This document shows, in pieces, positions 52,386 through 62,235 of a DNA stretch of 64,000 nt. Location of the stretch: contig CAYFMX010000001.1 in the NCBI GenBank assembly GCA_964344325.1, positions 202,233 through 266,232 on the forward strand. Reading direction: 5' to 3'. A model generated the notes under the pieces. The model made no database searches, was not told where the DNA came from, and saw only the letters and a program-made list of their open reading frames with translations. How positions within the stretch are numbered: position 1 is the first letter of the stretch; each line of letters starts with the position of its first letter. The translations under genes and the position numbers were made by a program. This DNA comes from an uncultured Piscirickettsiaceae bacterium. Its GTDB lineage: Bacteria > Pseudomonadota > Gammaproteobacteria > GCF-002020875.

Positions 52386-53615
52386 ATGAACAACCCCAAA
52401 CAACTAGGCCCACATCCCACGGGGGGATGGATTTCAGAAGATGAAGCACTTATTTTTGAATTCCATAAAAAATTACCTGAATGGCTACTAGATATAACAC
52501 CACCTTGCTTTATTTATGACCTCGAAAAATTTCGAGAAGAAATCAAAACCATATTAGATACATTCCCACAGTACCGTTACCCATTGAAGTGTAATCCTCA
52601 TCCATCATTACTCGCTACTGTGTTGTCATTAGGTGCAGGGGTAGATGTTTGTTCTGTTGGAGAATTAGAAAAAGCCTTGATGGAAGATGCACCCGGTCAC
52701 TTAATTAATTACTGTAGCGTTTCTTATACTACTGCGCTCATCGACCATTTAGTGAGTATAGAAGCAACTGTCACACTAAACAACCTTGATGATCTACAAT
52801 TGATGTTAGCACGCCATCCTGCTCAGACACCAAGTTTACGTATAGAAGCAATTGATCCAAATACTCCTTATGGCGACAAATTCGGTTTTTCGATGAACCA
52901 ATGGAGCCATGTTGAGAAAATTTTGAATCAATATCAGACTTACTTGAGTGGTTTGCATATTCACACTTCTCATTCTCCTGATATAAACCAACTTACTCAA
53001 CGTTTATCCCCATTACTAGTAGCATTAGAAAGGTTAAAAGATTGGGTTCCAAAAATGCATTTTCTCAATCTAGGTGGAGGATGGCCTATGCTTTATGGTG
53101 CCCAGTTTCATTCTGTAACTGCGAAAGATTTTGAAAAAATTTTAGAAAAAGACTTCCTACCGAAAGCCAAGAAACTCGGCTTTAAGGGCGAAGTGTTAGT
53201 TGAACCTGGGGAATATGTAACTTCATCTATGGGATACTGGGTGGCTGAAGTCACTGGGGTTAAAAAAAACGAAATAAATTTACCAATAGTCTTCGCAAAT
53301 ACTCCAGGAGTAGTTCCATCAGCAGAGATTGCATATCCAACAGCATTATTTCGAAAATGCAAAGCTGGCTGGGAAAGAGTCCAAAATGAATTAGTCACTG
53401 TCAAAATTGTTGCAGCAACAAATTCCCCATTCGATACGATTCGCCCTACAGTAATGCTACCAATGCCTCAAGCTGGTGATCGGCTGGTATTTGGACAAAC
53501 TGGAGCATATCTACCTTGTTTGATGGGAACCTTTAATAGTATTCCGGCTCCCCACACATACATTGTCCACAAAAATACCTCTTCTCCTATTTCCCACCCC
53601 CGATCCTACACTTGA
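52386..53615 (+). CDS. fold-type III PLP-dependent decarboxylase (Orn/DAP/Arg decarboxylase family)
   Basis: 409 aa; YPLKCNPHP (PLP-lysine K-C-N motif), GAGVDVCSVGELE, C-terminal beta-sandwich with the GAY motif; divergent from the ATP-grasp gene. Confidence 0.7.
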   Translation: MNNPKQLGPHPTGGWISEDEALIFEFHKKLPEWLLDITPPCFIYDLEKFREEIKTILDTFPQYRYPLKCNPHPSLLATVLSLGAGVDVCSVGELEKALMEDAPGHLINYCSVSYTTALIDHLVSIEATVTLNNLDDLQLMLARHPAQTPSLRIEAIDPNTPYGDKFGFSMNQWSHVEKILNQYQTYLSGLHIHTSHSPDINQLTQRLSPLLVALERLKDWVPKMHFLNLGGGWPMLYGAQFHSVTAKDFEKILEKDFLPKAKKLGFKGEVLVEPGEYVTSSMGYWVAEVTGVKKNEINLPIVFANTPGVVPSAEIAYPTALFRKCKAGWERVQNELVTVKIVAATNSPFDTIRPTVMLPMPQAGDRLVFGQTGAYLPCLMGTFNSIPAPHTYIVHKNTSSPISHPRSYT

Positions 53616-53829
53616 AAAAATACATCATTTCATACTTGCCCCACATCACATTAAATCCGACATACTTCATCCCATACTTCCATCAACCTAAAACACTCCT
53701 CCCCCAAACCATCCCCTCCCTCACATTACCCAATTCCCCCTTCACCCTTCCCTTTTGAAGTATCACCGATAGAATGTCCGCCTTCACAAGCCGTTGCGCG
53801 GCTCTCCCTTTTCAGGAACCAAATCCCAC

Positions 53830-54192
53830 ATGGAACAAAACGAACTGCAAACCCTCGTCGTCAACGCGCTGGAGGATATGAAAGCCAACGACATCACCGT
53901 CATGGATGTCTCCGCACTGACCAGCATGACCAACACGCTGGTGATCGCCAGCGGAACCTCCGACCGCCACGTCCGCGCCTGCGCCAATGCCGTTTCACAG
54001 GAAGCCAAACAGGCTGGCGTAAAACCGCTGGGCACAGAAGGGGAAGATTCTGGAGAATGGGTACTGGTCGATTTGGGCGATATCATCGTCCATGTAATGA
54101 AACCGGAAGCCCGTGAATATTACGATCTGGAAAAATTCTGGACCGACTTTTCCCGCAATGGCGAAAAAGAATCCGGGTCAGAAAACGCGTGA
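53830..54192 (+). CDS. rsfS: ribosomal silencing factor RsfS (Iojap)
   Basis: About 120 aa, conserved RsfS sequence, followed by rlmH. Confidence 0.85.
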   Translation: MEQNELQTLVVNALEDMKANDITVMDVSALTSMTNTLVIASGTSDRHVRACANAVSQEAKQAGVKPLGTEGEDSGEWVLVDLGDIIVHVMKPEAREYYDLEKFWTDFSRNGEKESGSENA

Positions 54193-54677
54193 AAATCCGT
54201 CTGCTCTCCGTCGGCAAAAAAATGCCGGATTGGGTCAATTCGGGATTTGCCGAATATGCCAAGCGAATGCCGCGTGAATGTGCGCTGGAACTGACCGAAA
54301 TTGAACCGGCGATGCGCGGAAAAAGTGGCAATAAAAGTATCAGTGCAGCACAAGCAAACCAATGGAAAGAAGAAGAAGGGAAAAAAATCCTCTCACATAC
54401 AAATAAGGAGCACATCGTTGCGCTGGATGTGAAAGGAAAACCGTGGTCAACGGAACAACTCGCCAGCCAACTCGAAAACTGGATGCAAATCGGCTCTGAC
54501 CTCGCCCTGCTGATCGGCAGCCCGGAAGGGTTATCCAAAGCCTGCCTGCAACGTGCAAACCAACACTGGTCGCTCTCCCCGCTCACCTTCCCCCATCCGC
54601 TGGTACGCGTCATTGTCGCCGAACAACTCTATCGGGCGTGGACAATCACCCAGAATCATCCGTATCATCGCGCCTAA
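54189..54677 (+). CDS. rlmH: 23S rRNA (pseudouridine1915-N3)-methyltransferase RlmH
   Basis: 162 aa SPOUT family, rsfS-rlmH pair. Confidence 0.85.
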   Translation: MKIRLLSVGKKMPDWVNSGFAEYAKRMPRECALELTEIEPAMRGKSGNKSISAAQANQWKEEEGKKILSHTNKEHIVALDVKGKPWSTEQLASQLENWMQIGSDLALLIGSPEGLSKACLQRANQHWSLSPLTFPHPLVRVIVAEQLYRAWTITQNHPYHRA

Positions 54678-54815
54678 TACTTTACGAAATTCTCCAAAAC
54701 CTCCGGATTTCCAATTTTCTGTTTGAATGATTTCAGAAACCCAGAGAAAGCTTTTCCTTATGGGCGCAAGAAATCATTTGGACAGAAATAAAAATCTGTA
54801 ACAGGACACACCATT

Positions 54816-56294
54816 TTGAGCACCGAAATTCTGGTCAACGTAACCCCCCGCGAAACCCGCACCGCGCTAGTCGAAAGCGGCGTACTGCAAGAAGTCTATA
54901 TTGAACGCAGCAGCCAACTGGGGATGGTCGGCAACATCTACAAAGGCAAAGTGAGCCGCGTACTGCCGGGGATGCAAGCCGCATTCGTCGATGTCGGACT
55001 GGAACGCGCTGCCTTTTTGCATGTCTCCGATATCCGCCCTCGCGCCGCAAAAGAAGAAGTCGTCTGCGAAGAGGGTGAACCTGCGAAAACCATCACTGAA
55101 CTGGTTTCCGAAGGGCAAGAACTGCTGGTTCAAATCATCAAAGAACCGCTCGGCACCAAAGGCGCACGGCTGACGACTCAACTTTCGATCCCATCTCGTT
55201 ATCTCGTCTTTATGCCATCAATTGCCTGCATTGGCGTCTCCCAGCGCATCGAAGAGGAAGAAGAACGCACTCGTTTGCGCAGCACCATGCAGCAAATCGT
55301 CGATGAAAATAGTTCCGGCGGCTTCATCGTGCGCACCGTGGCGGAAGGTGTTTCTGAAGAGGAATTGCGGCGCGAAGCCGGTTTTTTGCACAAGTTGTGG
55401 GACTCCATCATGGAACAGGGCACAGCAGCAAAATCGTGCTCGTTGGTGCATCAGGATTTGCCTCTCGCACTACGCACCATTCGTGATCAGTTGAAAGATT
55501 CGGTCGAGCGGATGCGGATCGACTCTCGCCAAACCTATGAAAAATGTTTGAAATTTGCCTCGCAATTCAATCCGGAACTCGCTTCCCGCGTCGAGCACTA
55601 CATTGAAGAGTCGCCGATTTTTGATTTCTTCTCCATCGACAGCGAAATCCAGAAAGCATTGCAGCGTAAGGTTCCACTCAAGTCAGGAGGCTATCTGATC
55701 ATCGACCAGACCGAAGCGATGACGACGATTGATGTCAATACTGGCTCGTTTGTTGGTCATCATAACTTGGAAGAAACTATCTTCAAAACCAATCTCGAAG
55801 CAACACAGGCAATTGCCCGCCAGGTACGGCTGCGCAATCTGGGTGGCATCATCATCCTTGATTTGATTGATATGGAGCAAGAGGAGCACCGCCAGCAGGT
55901 GATGCGCTCGCTGCAAAAATATCTGGATCATGATCCGGCACGCACCCAAGTCAGCTCTGTTTCTGCACTTGGGCTCGTCGAAATGACCCGCAAACGTACG
56001 CGCGAAAGTCTGGAGTATGTACTCTGTCAAACCTGCCCTACCTGTAGCGGACGCGGCACATTGAAAACGGCAGAAACAGTTTGCTACGAAATCTTCCGCG
56101 AAATCATCCGCGAAGCGCGGCAATATGATGATTCGCGTGAATTTCTGGTACTTGCTGCACAGGAAATTGCCGATCTGTTGCTGGACGAAGAATCAAGCAG
56201 TGTCGCAGAACTGGAAGAATTCATCGGCAAGCCGATCCGGCTGCAGGTCGAGACCCTCTACACCCCGGAGCAGTTCGATGTGGTTCCTGTTTAA
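54816..56294 (+). CDS. rng: ribonuclease G
   Basis: 492 aa, N-terminal S1 domain, near-identical start to E. coli Rng (EILVNVTPRETR), followed by yhdP. Confidence 0.9.
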   Translation: MSTEILVNVTPRETRTALVESGVLQEVYIERSSQLGMVGNIYKGKVSRVLPGMQAAFVDVGLERAAFLHVSDIRPRAAKEEVVCEEGEPAKTITELVSEGQELLVQIIKEPLGTKGARLTTQLSIPSRYLVFMPSIACIGVSQRIEEEEERTRLRSTMQQIVDENSSGGFIVRTVAEGVSEEELRREAGFLHKLWDSIMEQGTAAKSCSLVHQDLPLALRTIRDQLKDSVERMRIDSRQTYEKCLKFASQFNPELASRVEHYIEESPIFDFFSIDSEIQKALQRKVPLKSGGYLIIDQTEAMTTIDVNTGSFVGHHNLEETIFKTNLEATQAIARQVRLRNLGGIIILDLIDMEQEEHRQQVMRSLQKYLDHDPARTQVSSVSALGLVEMTRKRTRESLEYVLCQTCPTCSGRGTLKTAETVCYEIFREIIREARQYDDSREFLVLAAQEIADLLLDEESSSVAELEEFIGKPIRLQVETLYTPEQFDVVPV

Positions 56295-56389
56295 TTTAGT
56301 CTATCTTTACAATGAATTTTAGAGGCTAACCAAACGCTGATGAAATTCGAATTTTGATCAATAATTGGTAGTTTGATGATGAATATGCA

Positions 56390-59300
56390 ATGAATCCACA
56401 AGCTCGGGAAATTCCCGATTTCTTCCGCATGTTCTATTTTTCACGTTTTCCTCATTTCTGGAAAACGGTCAGAGTATTATTTTTCAGTATTATCAGTATG
56501 CTGTTGGTATTGTGGGGCATATTGTGGACGCTTGTGCCCGTTTCCAGCCTTTACCAGCAACAAGTCGAACAATCTATCTCTGATTTTCTGGATGCACCCT
56601 TTACGTTTGAAACGGTTGAAGCCGAGTTAAACGGCACAATACTTTCTCTCTCCCTTCAGGGCGCAAATGCCAAAAACCAAACAGGTGAAAAAATTCTCCT
56701 GTTTGAAGAAATGCATGCAGAGATTAACCTGCTCCAATCCTTACTCGCATGGGAATGGATTACCAATGAACTGATTTTGTGGAAACCGCAGCTTGCAGTC
56801 CACAAACGCACAGATGGTCAAATGACAGTGAACGGTTTTGTGATGATTCCAGCATCTGTCGATGCTCAAACACACACGAAACAGCAACAAACCGGACAAC
56901 ACATTGAGCAAACTGAAATTTCAGAAATCGAATTCTGGCTTGATTCATTAGAGGAATTGGGCTGGTTATGGAAGCAACCCTATCTGCGTCTGGAACAGGC
57001 TACTTTCTCGTGGAAAATAGATCACCCGGCAGGGCAGTTACATTGGGCGCTTCCTGAAATAAATAGTGTAATTCGTAACGGAAAAGCACGACATCAATTG
57101 TCTGGAACAGCTCAAGTTGGTACTGGAGGCCAAGGGACGTTGCAGTTGGAAGCTGACTGGACTGGCGCATGGAATAATCCGCGTAACTGGCAAGGTGTAC
57201 TACATATTCAAGGCGAATCAGTAGAGATGAAAAATCTGCTCGGTGGTTCAGAAAGCCCATGGCCAGAATTAATTCAAGGACAGCGTGATCTCTCTTTTTG
57301 GGGAGTACATGGCGGGACTGGAAATTGGGAAGTCGTTACTGATTTAGCTGTTGCGGAAAATCAAACAACGAATCAGGGATTACTAGATGGTCAAATTGCG
57401 TGGAAACGCTCTGGAGATGGGAACTGGCGACTAGGGCTCAGTAATTTTTTCTGGTCAGGATATCAACCACTGACTGTATTGATAGAACAACAGGTCTCTC
57501 AGAATGGAGAAACTACCTGGCTAGGACAAACTGAACAACTTGACTTATCTGTACTCAATCCATTTTTACACAATCGGGGCATACAATATCTATTTCCACA
57601 ATTACCTGCACAATTTGATATAGGTGGCTCTTTAGAACAAGCTAATTTTCGTCTGCTGGATCATGGAAAAACTTGGATGGATCGACTACGAGTAGAGGCT
57701 ACGCTGAATCAACTTTCTGCTAAACAGATCAATACAGCTACCCAGTTCGCTGGAATCAGTGGAAAAATACAATGGCGGAAAAACGCAGGTGAATTTATTT
57801 ATCCAAAAAACACCATCCAATTAGCACATCATCATATTGCACCAGAACTACTGCATATGGAGCTAACACCTGGCGTTGTATCATGGACTAAACAAAGCCA
57901 AGGTTGGCAAGTTTCAGCAAAAGAAATTCATTTATCGGATGGTAACCTCATATTCAACAGCGATCTCTCTCTTTTCCTGGAAGAAGGAAAATCACCGCTA
58001 ATTGATGCCAATACCGGTTTCTCTGTACATGATACGGCACCATTATTCCGTAATTTGTCGCAGAGCACATTAGGGCAGCAAGAAATCTGGTTACAGTACG
58101 GCATCCGTCAGGCAGAGCTGGTTAATGGCAAGGTCATACTACGTGGATATCTGGATCAGTTCCCTTACCACCAAGAAGAAGGGGAATTTAAAGTCACCTG
58201 TGATATTCACAATGCTGAAGTGAGATTCATGCGGAATTGGCCACTGCTTAAAAATGCAAATGCACAATTCCAGTTTGATCATCATGGAATGAATGTGGCG
58301 ATTCATTCTGGAGAAATTGCTGGAAATCCAGTACAGCAAGCAAATGTGAAAATCCGCTCATTCCAGAAAAAAGAGCTAGAGGTTGATGTACAACTTGCCA
58401 GCGAGAGTAGAAATCTTATTCATCTTCTGGAACGGGGAGTACTCCAGAAACGCTTAGAAAGTCGATCGTTACCACTATATATAACGGGTATTGCAAACTT
58501 GGATGTGAATATGTTTGTGCCATTACACAATCCAAAACAAACCCAGATACAAGGCACATTACAACTCACTGATAATCAGTTACATCTACCTGATCTTGAT
58601 TTACGGGCGGAAAAACTGTCCGGTGCTATCGCATTTACTAAAAGCACGATCACTGCAGAACAGATTAATGGCCAGATGCTGGGAGGACCTATTCGTATTT
58701 CTGCATCCACGCAACAACAATCCCGAATCAATAATCCAACACAATCTGACTCTCATTTTGTAAAGCTTGTGCTGAAAGGAAAATCTAATCTTCATCACTG
58801 GCCGCCTTGGCAGCAATGGATTAACCCAAAAAAGCAAAAAAATTTAGAGCCACAAAAACATTCCATGTGGCATAGCATTGGAATCATTCCGTTGTCAGCA
58901 TTTCAGGAAAATGAAAAACAACCCATTAGATTTTTGTTCCGTTCTGATCTGGAAGGAGTCGCGATTCCATTGCCGAAACCGCTCCAAAAACAGGTTGGTG
59001 AGCGCTGGCCAACTATGTTTAACGCCGAGATCGGTCAAACACTAGATATGCAATTCATGGTCGATCAACGTCTCCAAGCCAGTGTGATACGAGAAAATAG
59101 CGAGACAGAATTAGAATCTAAAAACATATGGCGTGCCAGCGTATCATTAGGTGATTCACTATATGAAACCAAAACACCTCAACCTGCAACAAAAGCAGTT
59201 TCAGTACGAGATGGAATCTCACTACAAGGAGAGTTTAAAACATTATCACTGCAGCCGTGGTTAGAGACAATCCGTGATCTCATGGATAGAAAACAAGACG

Positions 59301-60496
59301 CAAATTCTTCTATTCCATTACAACAGGCGAATCTCAAAATTGGTGAGCTGAATGCGTATAGCAAGCCACTTCAGAAAGTTACATTGCACATTACACCTCA
59401 AAAATCACAAAATCACAAACAAGCAGATTGGCAAGTACAGATTGATAGCAATCAACTGACAGGCAATATTCTGATTCCAGCTGAGAACAAAAAAAGAGGG
59501 AAAAACACTGATCGTCCCATTGTGTTCAATTTAAAACACATTGCATTGCAAACAAATGACACTAATGAGACAGAAAATGACGCAGCAAATGACACAGAAA
59601 AAAAACAGAAAGCTGCGTCACAGAATGACACGGATACATTTTTTGATCTTCGCACAGTTCCAAAGATGAAAATAACCAGTAACCATTTGCTAGTAGATCA
59701 GAAAGACTGGGGAAAACTTCAACTAGACGTAAAACCAACCAAAGCCGGAATTCTGGTACATCCAATTCATCTCTCTTCCGAATTATTAGATGCCGAAGCA
59801 ACACTTTACTGGGATAAGCAACAAAACGAACATCCACAACGTTCCTCAGTGGCACTAAAAATACAAGGCGACGCACTAAGCAAAGTACTTGATCGCCTCT
59901 CTTCACAGCAAGGCATCATGCAGAAGGGAAAATTTGCGCTTGCTGCTGATGTGGCATGGGAAGGATCGCCAATGCAGTTTATGTGGCCCCGTAGTAGCGG
60001 TGTTGTCCAGATTCATGTTGCAGAAGGTAATATGATTGATCTGGATCAGGGGATTGGACGAGTTTTGAGCTTATTGGGCGTGCATACTCTATTGCGCCGT
60101 CTTTCCCTAGATTTTTCCGATGTTTCTGATCAAGGATTTCCGTTTGATTCAATTACAGGCAATCTGACTATCCAGAATGGCATTGCACAAACGAACGATC
60201 TGACCATTGATGGCATGGCTGCAAAAATCCGTATTGTCGGAAACAGTGATCTGGCAGCTCGAACTTATGACCATACTGTGTTCGTAACACCAAAAATTTC
60301 TGAAACATTACCTGTCACTGGCGCATTGGTAGCGGGCCCAACCGGCGTGGCGATCGGCTCAGCATTGTGGCTCACCGAAAAGGTGCTCAAACGAAACAAA
60401 GGAATCGTCTCCAAAGAATATCTATTGACTGGGAGTTGGGACAATCCACAAATTGAAGAAAAACGTGCTGGAGTATTGGGTGCATTGTTTGACTAA
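56390..60496 (+). CDS. yhdP: YhdP family (AsmA-like) inner-membrane/periplasm-spanning protein
   Basis: 1368 aa, N-terminal TM, long beta-rich repetitive body, conserved rng-yhdP synteny. Confidence 0.75.
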   Translation: MNPQAREIPDFFRMFYFSRFPHFWKTVRVLFFSIISMLLVLWGILWTLVPVSSLYQQQVEQSISDFLDAPFTFETVEAELNGTILSLSLQGANAKNQTGEKILLFEEMHAEINLLQSLLAWEWITNELILWKPQLAVHKRTDGQMTVNGFVMIPASVDAQTHTKQQQTGQHIEQTEISEIEFWLDSLEELGWLWKQPYLRLEQATFSWKIDHPAGQLHWALPEINSVIRNGKARHQLSGTAQVGTGGQGTLQLEADWTGAWNNPRNWQGVLHIQGESVEMKNLLGGSESPWPELIQGQRDLSFWGVHGGTGNWEVVTDLAVAENQTTNQGLLDGQIAWKRSGDGNWRLGLSNFFWSGYQPLTVLIEQQVSQNGETTWLGQTEQLDLSVLNPFLHNRGIQYLFPQLPAQFDIGGSLEQANFRLLDHGKTWMDRLRVEATLNQLSAKQINTATQFAGISGKIQWRKNAGEFIYPKNTIQLAHHHIAPELLHMELTPGVVSWTKQSQGWQVSAKEIHLSDGNLIFNSDLSLFLEEGKSPLIDANTGFSVHDTAPLFRNLSQSTLGQQEIWLQYGIRQAELVNGKVILRGYLDQFPYHQEEGEFKVTCDIHNAEVRFMRNWPLLKNANAQFQFDHHGMNVAIHSGEIAGNPVQQANVKIRSFQKKELEVDVQLASESRNLIHLLERGVLQKRLESRSLPLYITGIANLDVNMFVPLHNPKQTQIQGTLQLTDNQLHLPDLDLRAEKLSGAIAFTKSTITAEQINGQMLGGPIRISASTQQQSRINNPTQSDSHFVKLVLKGKSNLHHWPPWQQWINPKKQKNLEPQKHSMWHSIGIIPLSAFQENEKQPIRFLFRSDLEGVAIPLPKPLQKQVGERWPTMFNAEIGQTLDMQFMVDQRLQASVIRENSETELESKNIWRASVSLGDSLYETKTPQPATKAVSVRDGISLQGEFKTLSLQPWLETIRDLMDRKQDANSSIPLQQANLKIGELNAYSKPLQKVTLHITPQKSQNHKQADWQVQIDSNQLTGNILIPAENKKRGKNTDRPIVFNLKHIALQTNDTNETENDAANDTEKKQKAASQNDTDTFFDLRTVPKMKITSNHLLVDQKDWGKLQLDVKPTKAGILVHPIHLSSELLDAEATLYWDKQQNEHPQRSSVALKIQGDALSKVLDRLSSQQGIMQKGKFALAADVAWEGSPMQFMWPRSSGVVQIHVAEGNMIDLDQGIGRVLSLLGVHTLLRRLSLDFSDVSDQGFPFDSITGNLTIQNGIAQTNDLTIDGMAAKIRIVGNSDLAARTYDHTVFVTPKISETLPVTGALVAGPTGVAIGSALWLTEKVLKRNKGIVSKEYLLTGSWDNPQIEEKRAGVLGALFD

Positions 60497-60579
60497 AAAA
60501 CAATAGATCCCTTTTATATCAGTTTCTTAACGATTATTCAGGCGATTTCCCCGACTAAGTTGACCACAACATTTAACTC

Positions 60580-61197
60580 CTACAAACTACCGCCATGAAA
60601 CAACAAACGCGGTAATGTTTCCTCGTCCCCAAAATGGTCAATCTGGATACGTGTGATTTTTGCATTTGATACTTGAATACGGAACATATTTTCCGGCGCA
60701 ACGCCAAGCACATGACAAAGAATCATCCGCATCATCCCGGCATGACCAACCATCAGCAAATGCTCCCCGGCAAATTTTTGTGTAACTTGTTCCCAGCTTT
60801 CTGAAATTCGTTGTTGGAATTCCAGTACTGTCTCCGCACCGGGCGGTGTGTTGTTGAGCGGATCGCTCCAGAAACGGTAGAGAATTTCCGGGTCAGACTC
60901 CATCAACTCTTGCGAAGTTTTCCCTTCCCATTCTCCGAAACCGATCTCCATCAGCCCTGGCTCCGCTTCGACTGGAATGTTATAGCGTTCTCCTACTTCC
61001 TGTGCAAACTCTGCGCAACGACTGAGCGGTGAAGTGACAATTTGTGTCCAAGGATGATGATCGCCGACTGCGTTGCGCATTTGAGACCATCCTTTTTCGC
61101 TAAGTGGATCATCCATTTGCCCACGATAGCGTTTTCCGCCTACTGGCTCACCGTGGCGGATTAGGTCAACGGTAGTGGTGATTATTTGGTCAGACAT
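60580..61197 (-). CDS. histidine phosphatase family protein (phosphoglycerate mutase-like)
   Basis: 205 aa, catalytic RHGE motif near the N-terminus (LIRHGEP), second His in the GHAG region. Confidence 0.7.
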   Translation of the reverse strand: MSDQIITTTVDLIRHGEPVGGKRYRGQMDDPLSEKGWSQMRNAVGDHHPWTQIVTSPLSRCAEFAQEVGERYNIPVEAEPGLMEIGFGEWEGKTSQELMESDPEILYRFWSDPLNNTPPGAETVLEFQQRISESWEQVTQKFAGEHLLMVGHAGMMRMILCHVLGVAPENMFRIQVSNAKITRIQIDHFGDEETLPRLLFHGGSL

Positions 61198-61283
61198 CAG
61201 TTTATCTCTCCGTAGGGACGAATAGCATTCGCCCTAAACATAAAAAATAGGGCGTATTGCAATACGCCCCTACAGAATCCTAT

Positions 61284-61835
61284 CTATAACAATGAACGAA
61301 ACCGTACCCAATCAAACACTGCACCCGGATCAGTTTTCCGCCCCGGCGCAATATCGCAATGCCCGACGATTCGCGCTTGGGTAATTTTCGGATAATGGTT
61401 CTGGATCGCCTGTGCCAGCAGCACAAGTTGTTCATATTGCGCGTCCGTGTAAGGGATCACATCTGTCCCTTCCAACTCAATGCCGATGGAAAAATCATTG
61501 CACTTTTCACGTCCTTGAAAAACAGATTTTCCAGCATGCCATGCACGTTTTTCGAATGGAACATATTGCACGACTTCACCAGTACGGTGAATTAGACAGT
61601 GGCTGGAAACTTGTAATTTCGCTAATTCCAAAAAATCCGGGTATGCATTCACATCCAATGTATTGGTGAACAATTGATCGATATAAGGCGTACCAAACTC
61701 TCCAGCAGGTAAGCTAATCCCGTGAATGACAAGTAAATCAATCGCTGTTTTTTCTGGACGCGTATCGCAGTTTGGGGAAGGAAGATGACGAATATTTGTG
61801 ATCCACCCCTCTTCATCAATCTGGAATGTTTTAAT
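61284..61835 (-). CDS. ampD: 1,6-anhydro-N-acetylmuramyl-L-alanine amidase AmpD
   Basis: Manual translation upstream of the ORF-track start recovers the full AmpD N-terminus (ITNIRHLPSPNCDTRPE...LLVIHGISLPAGEFGTPYIDQLF), giving 183 aa as in E. coli; the only possible initiator is ATT at 61833-61835. Confidence 0.65.
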   Translation of the reverse strand: MKTFQIDEEGWITNIRHLPSPNCDTRPEKTAIDLLVIHGISLPAGEFGTPYIDQLFTNTLDVNAYPDFLELAKLQVSSHCLIHRTGEVVQYVPFEKRAWHAGKSVFQGREKCNDFSIGIELEGTDVIPYTDAQYEQLVLLAQAIQNHYPKITQARIVGHCDIAPGRKTDPGAVFDWVRFRSLL

Positions 61836-62235
61836 CGTGTGGCATCCCTTTCAGTACCAGATCAGTCAAGCTGACAATCCCGATTACCTCACGGTCTTTA
61901 ATGACAGGTGCACGGGAGAGGTGGAATTGGCCAAACAGACGTGCACAGTAGCGGATGTCCATATCCGGATCGACCGTTACCACTGGCTTGGTCATCACTT
62001 CATAAACATTGACTCGCGATGGAGCGCGGTCTTTACCAAGCACCTGGCGGGCGATATCAGAGACCAGTAACATTCCATATTCGTCATCTTCGTGACGCTT
62101 TTTCACAATCATTGCTTTGGTTTCAACATGTTTCATGTGCGCTAACGCATCAGCAATCGTATCCAGGCCATCCGCCAGATCAAATTCCGTTTTCATCACG
62201 TCCCGTACGCGGACGGTTTTCTTCTCTTCGCTCAT
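61831..62235 (-). CDS. CBS-pair domain protein
   Basis: 134 aa, tandem CBS motifs; start at the internal Met (MSEEKK) abutting the stop of the P-II-like gene. Confidence 0.6.
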   Translation of the reverse strand: MSEEKKTVRVRDVMKTEFDLADGLDTIADALAHMKHVETKAMIVKKRHEDDEYGMLLVSDIARQVLGKDRAPSRVNVYEVMTKPVVTVDPDMDIRYCARLFGQFHLSRAPVIKDREVIGIVSLTDLVLKGMPHD

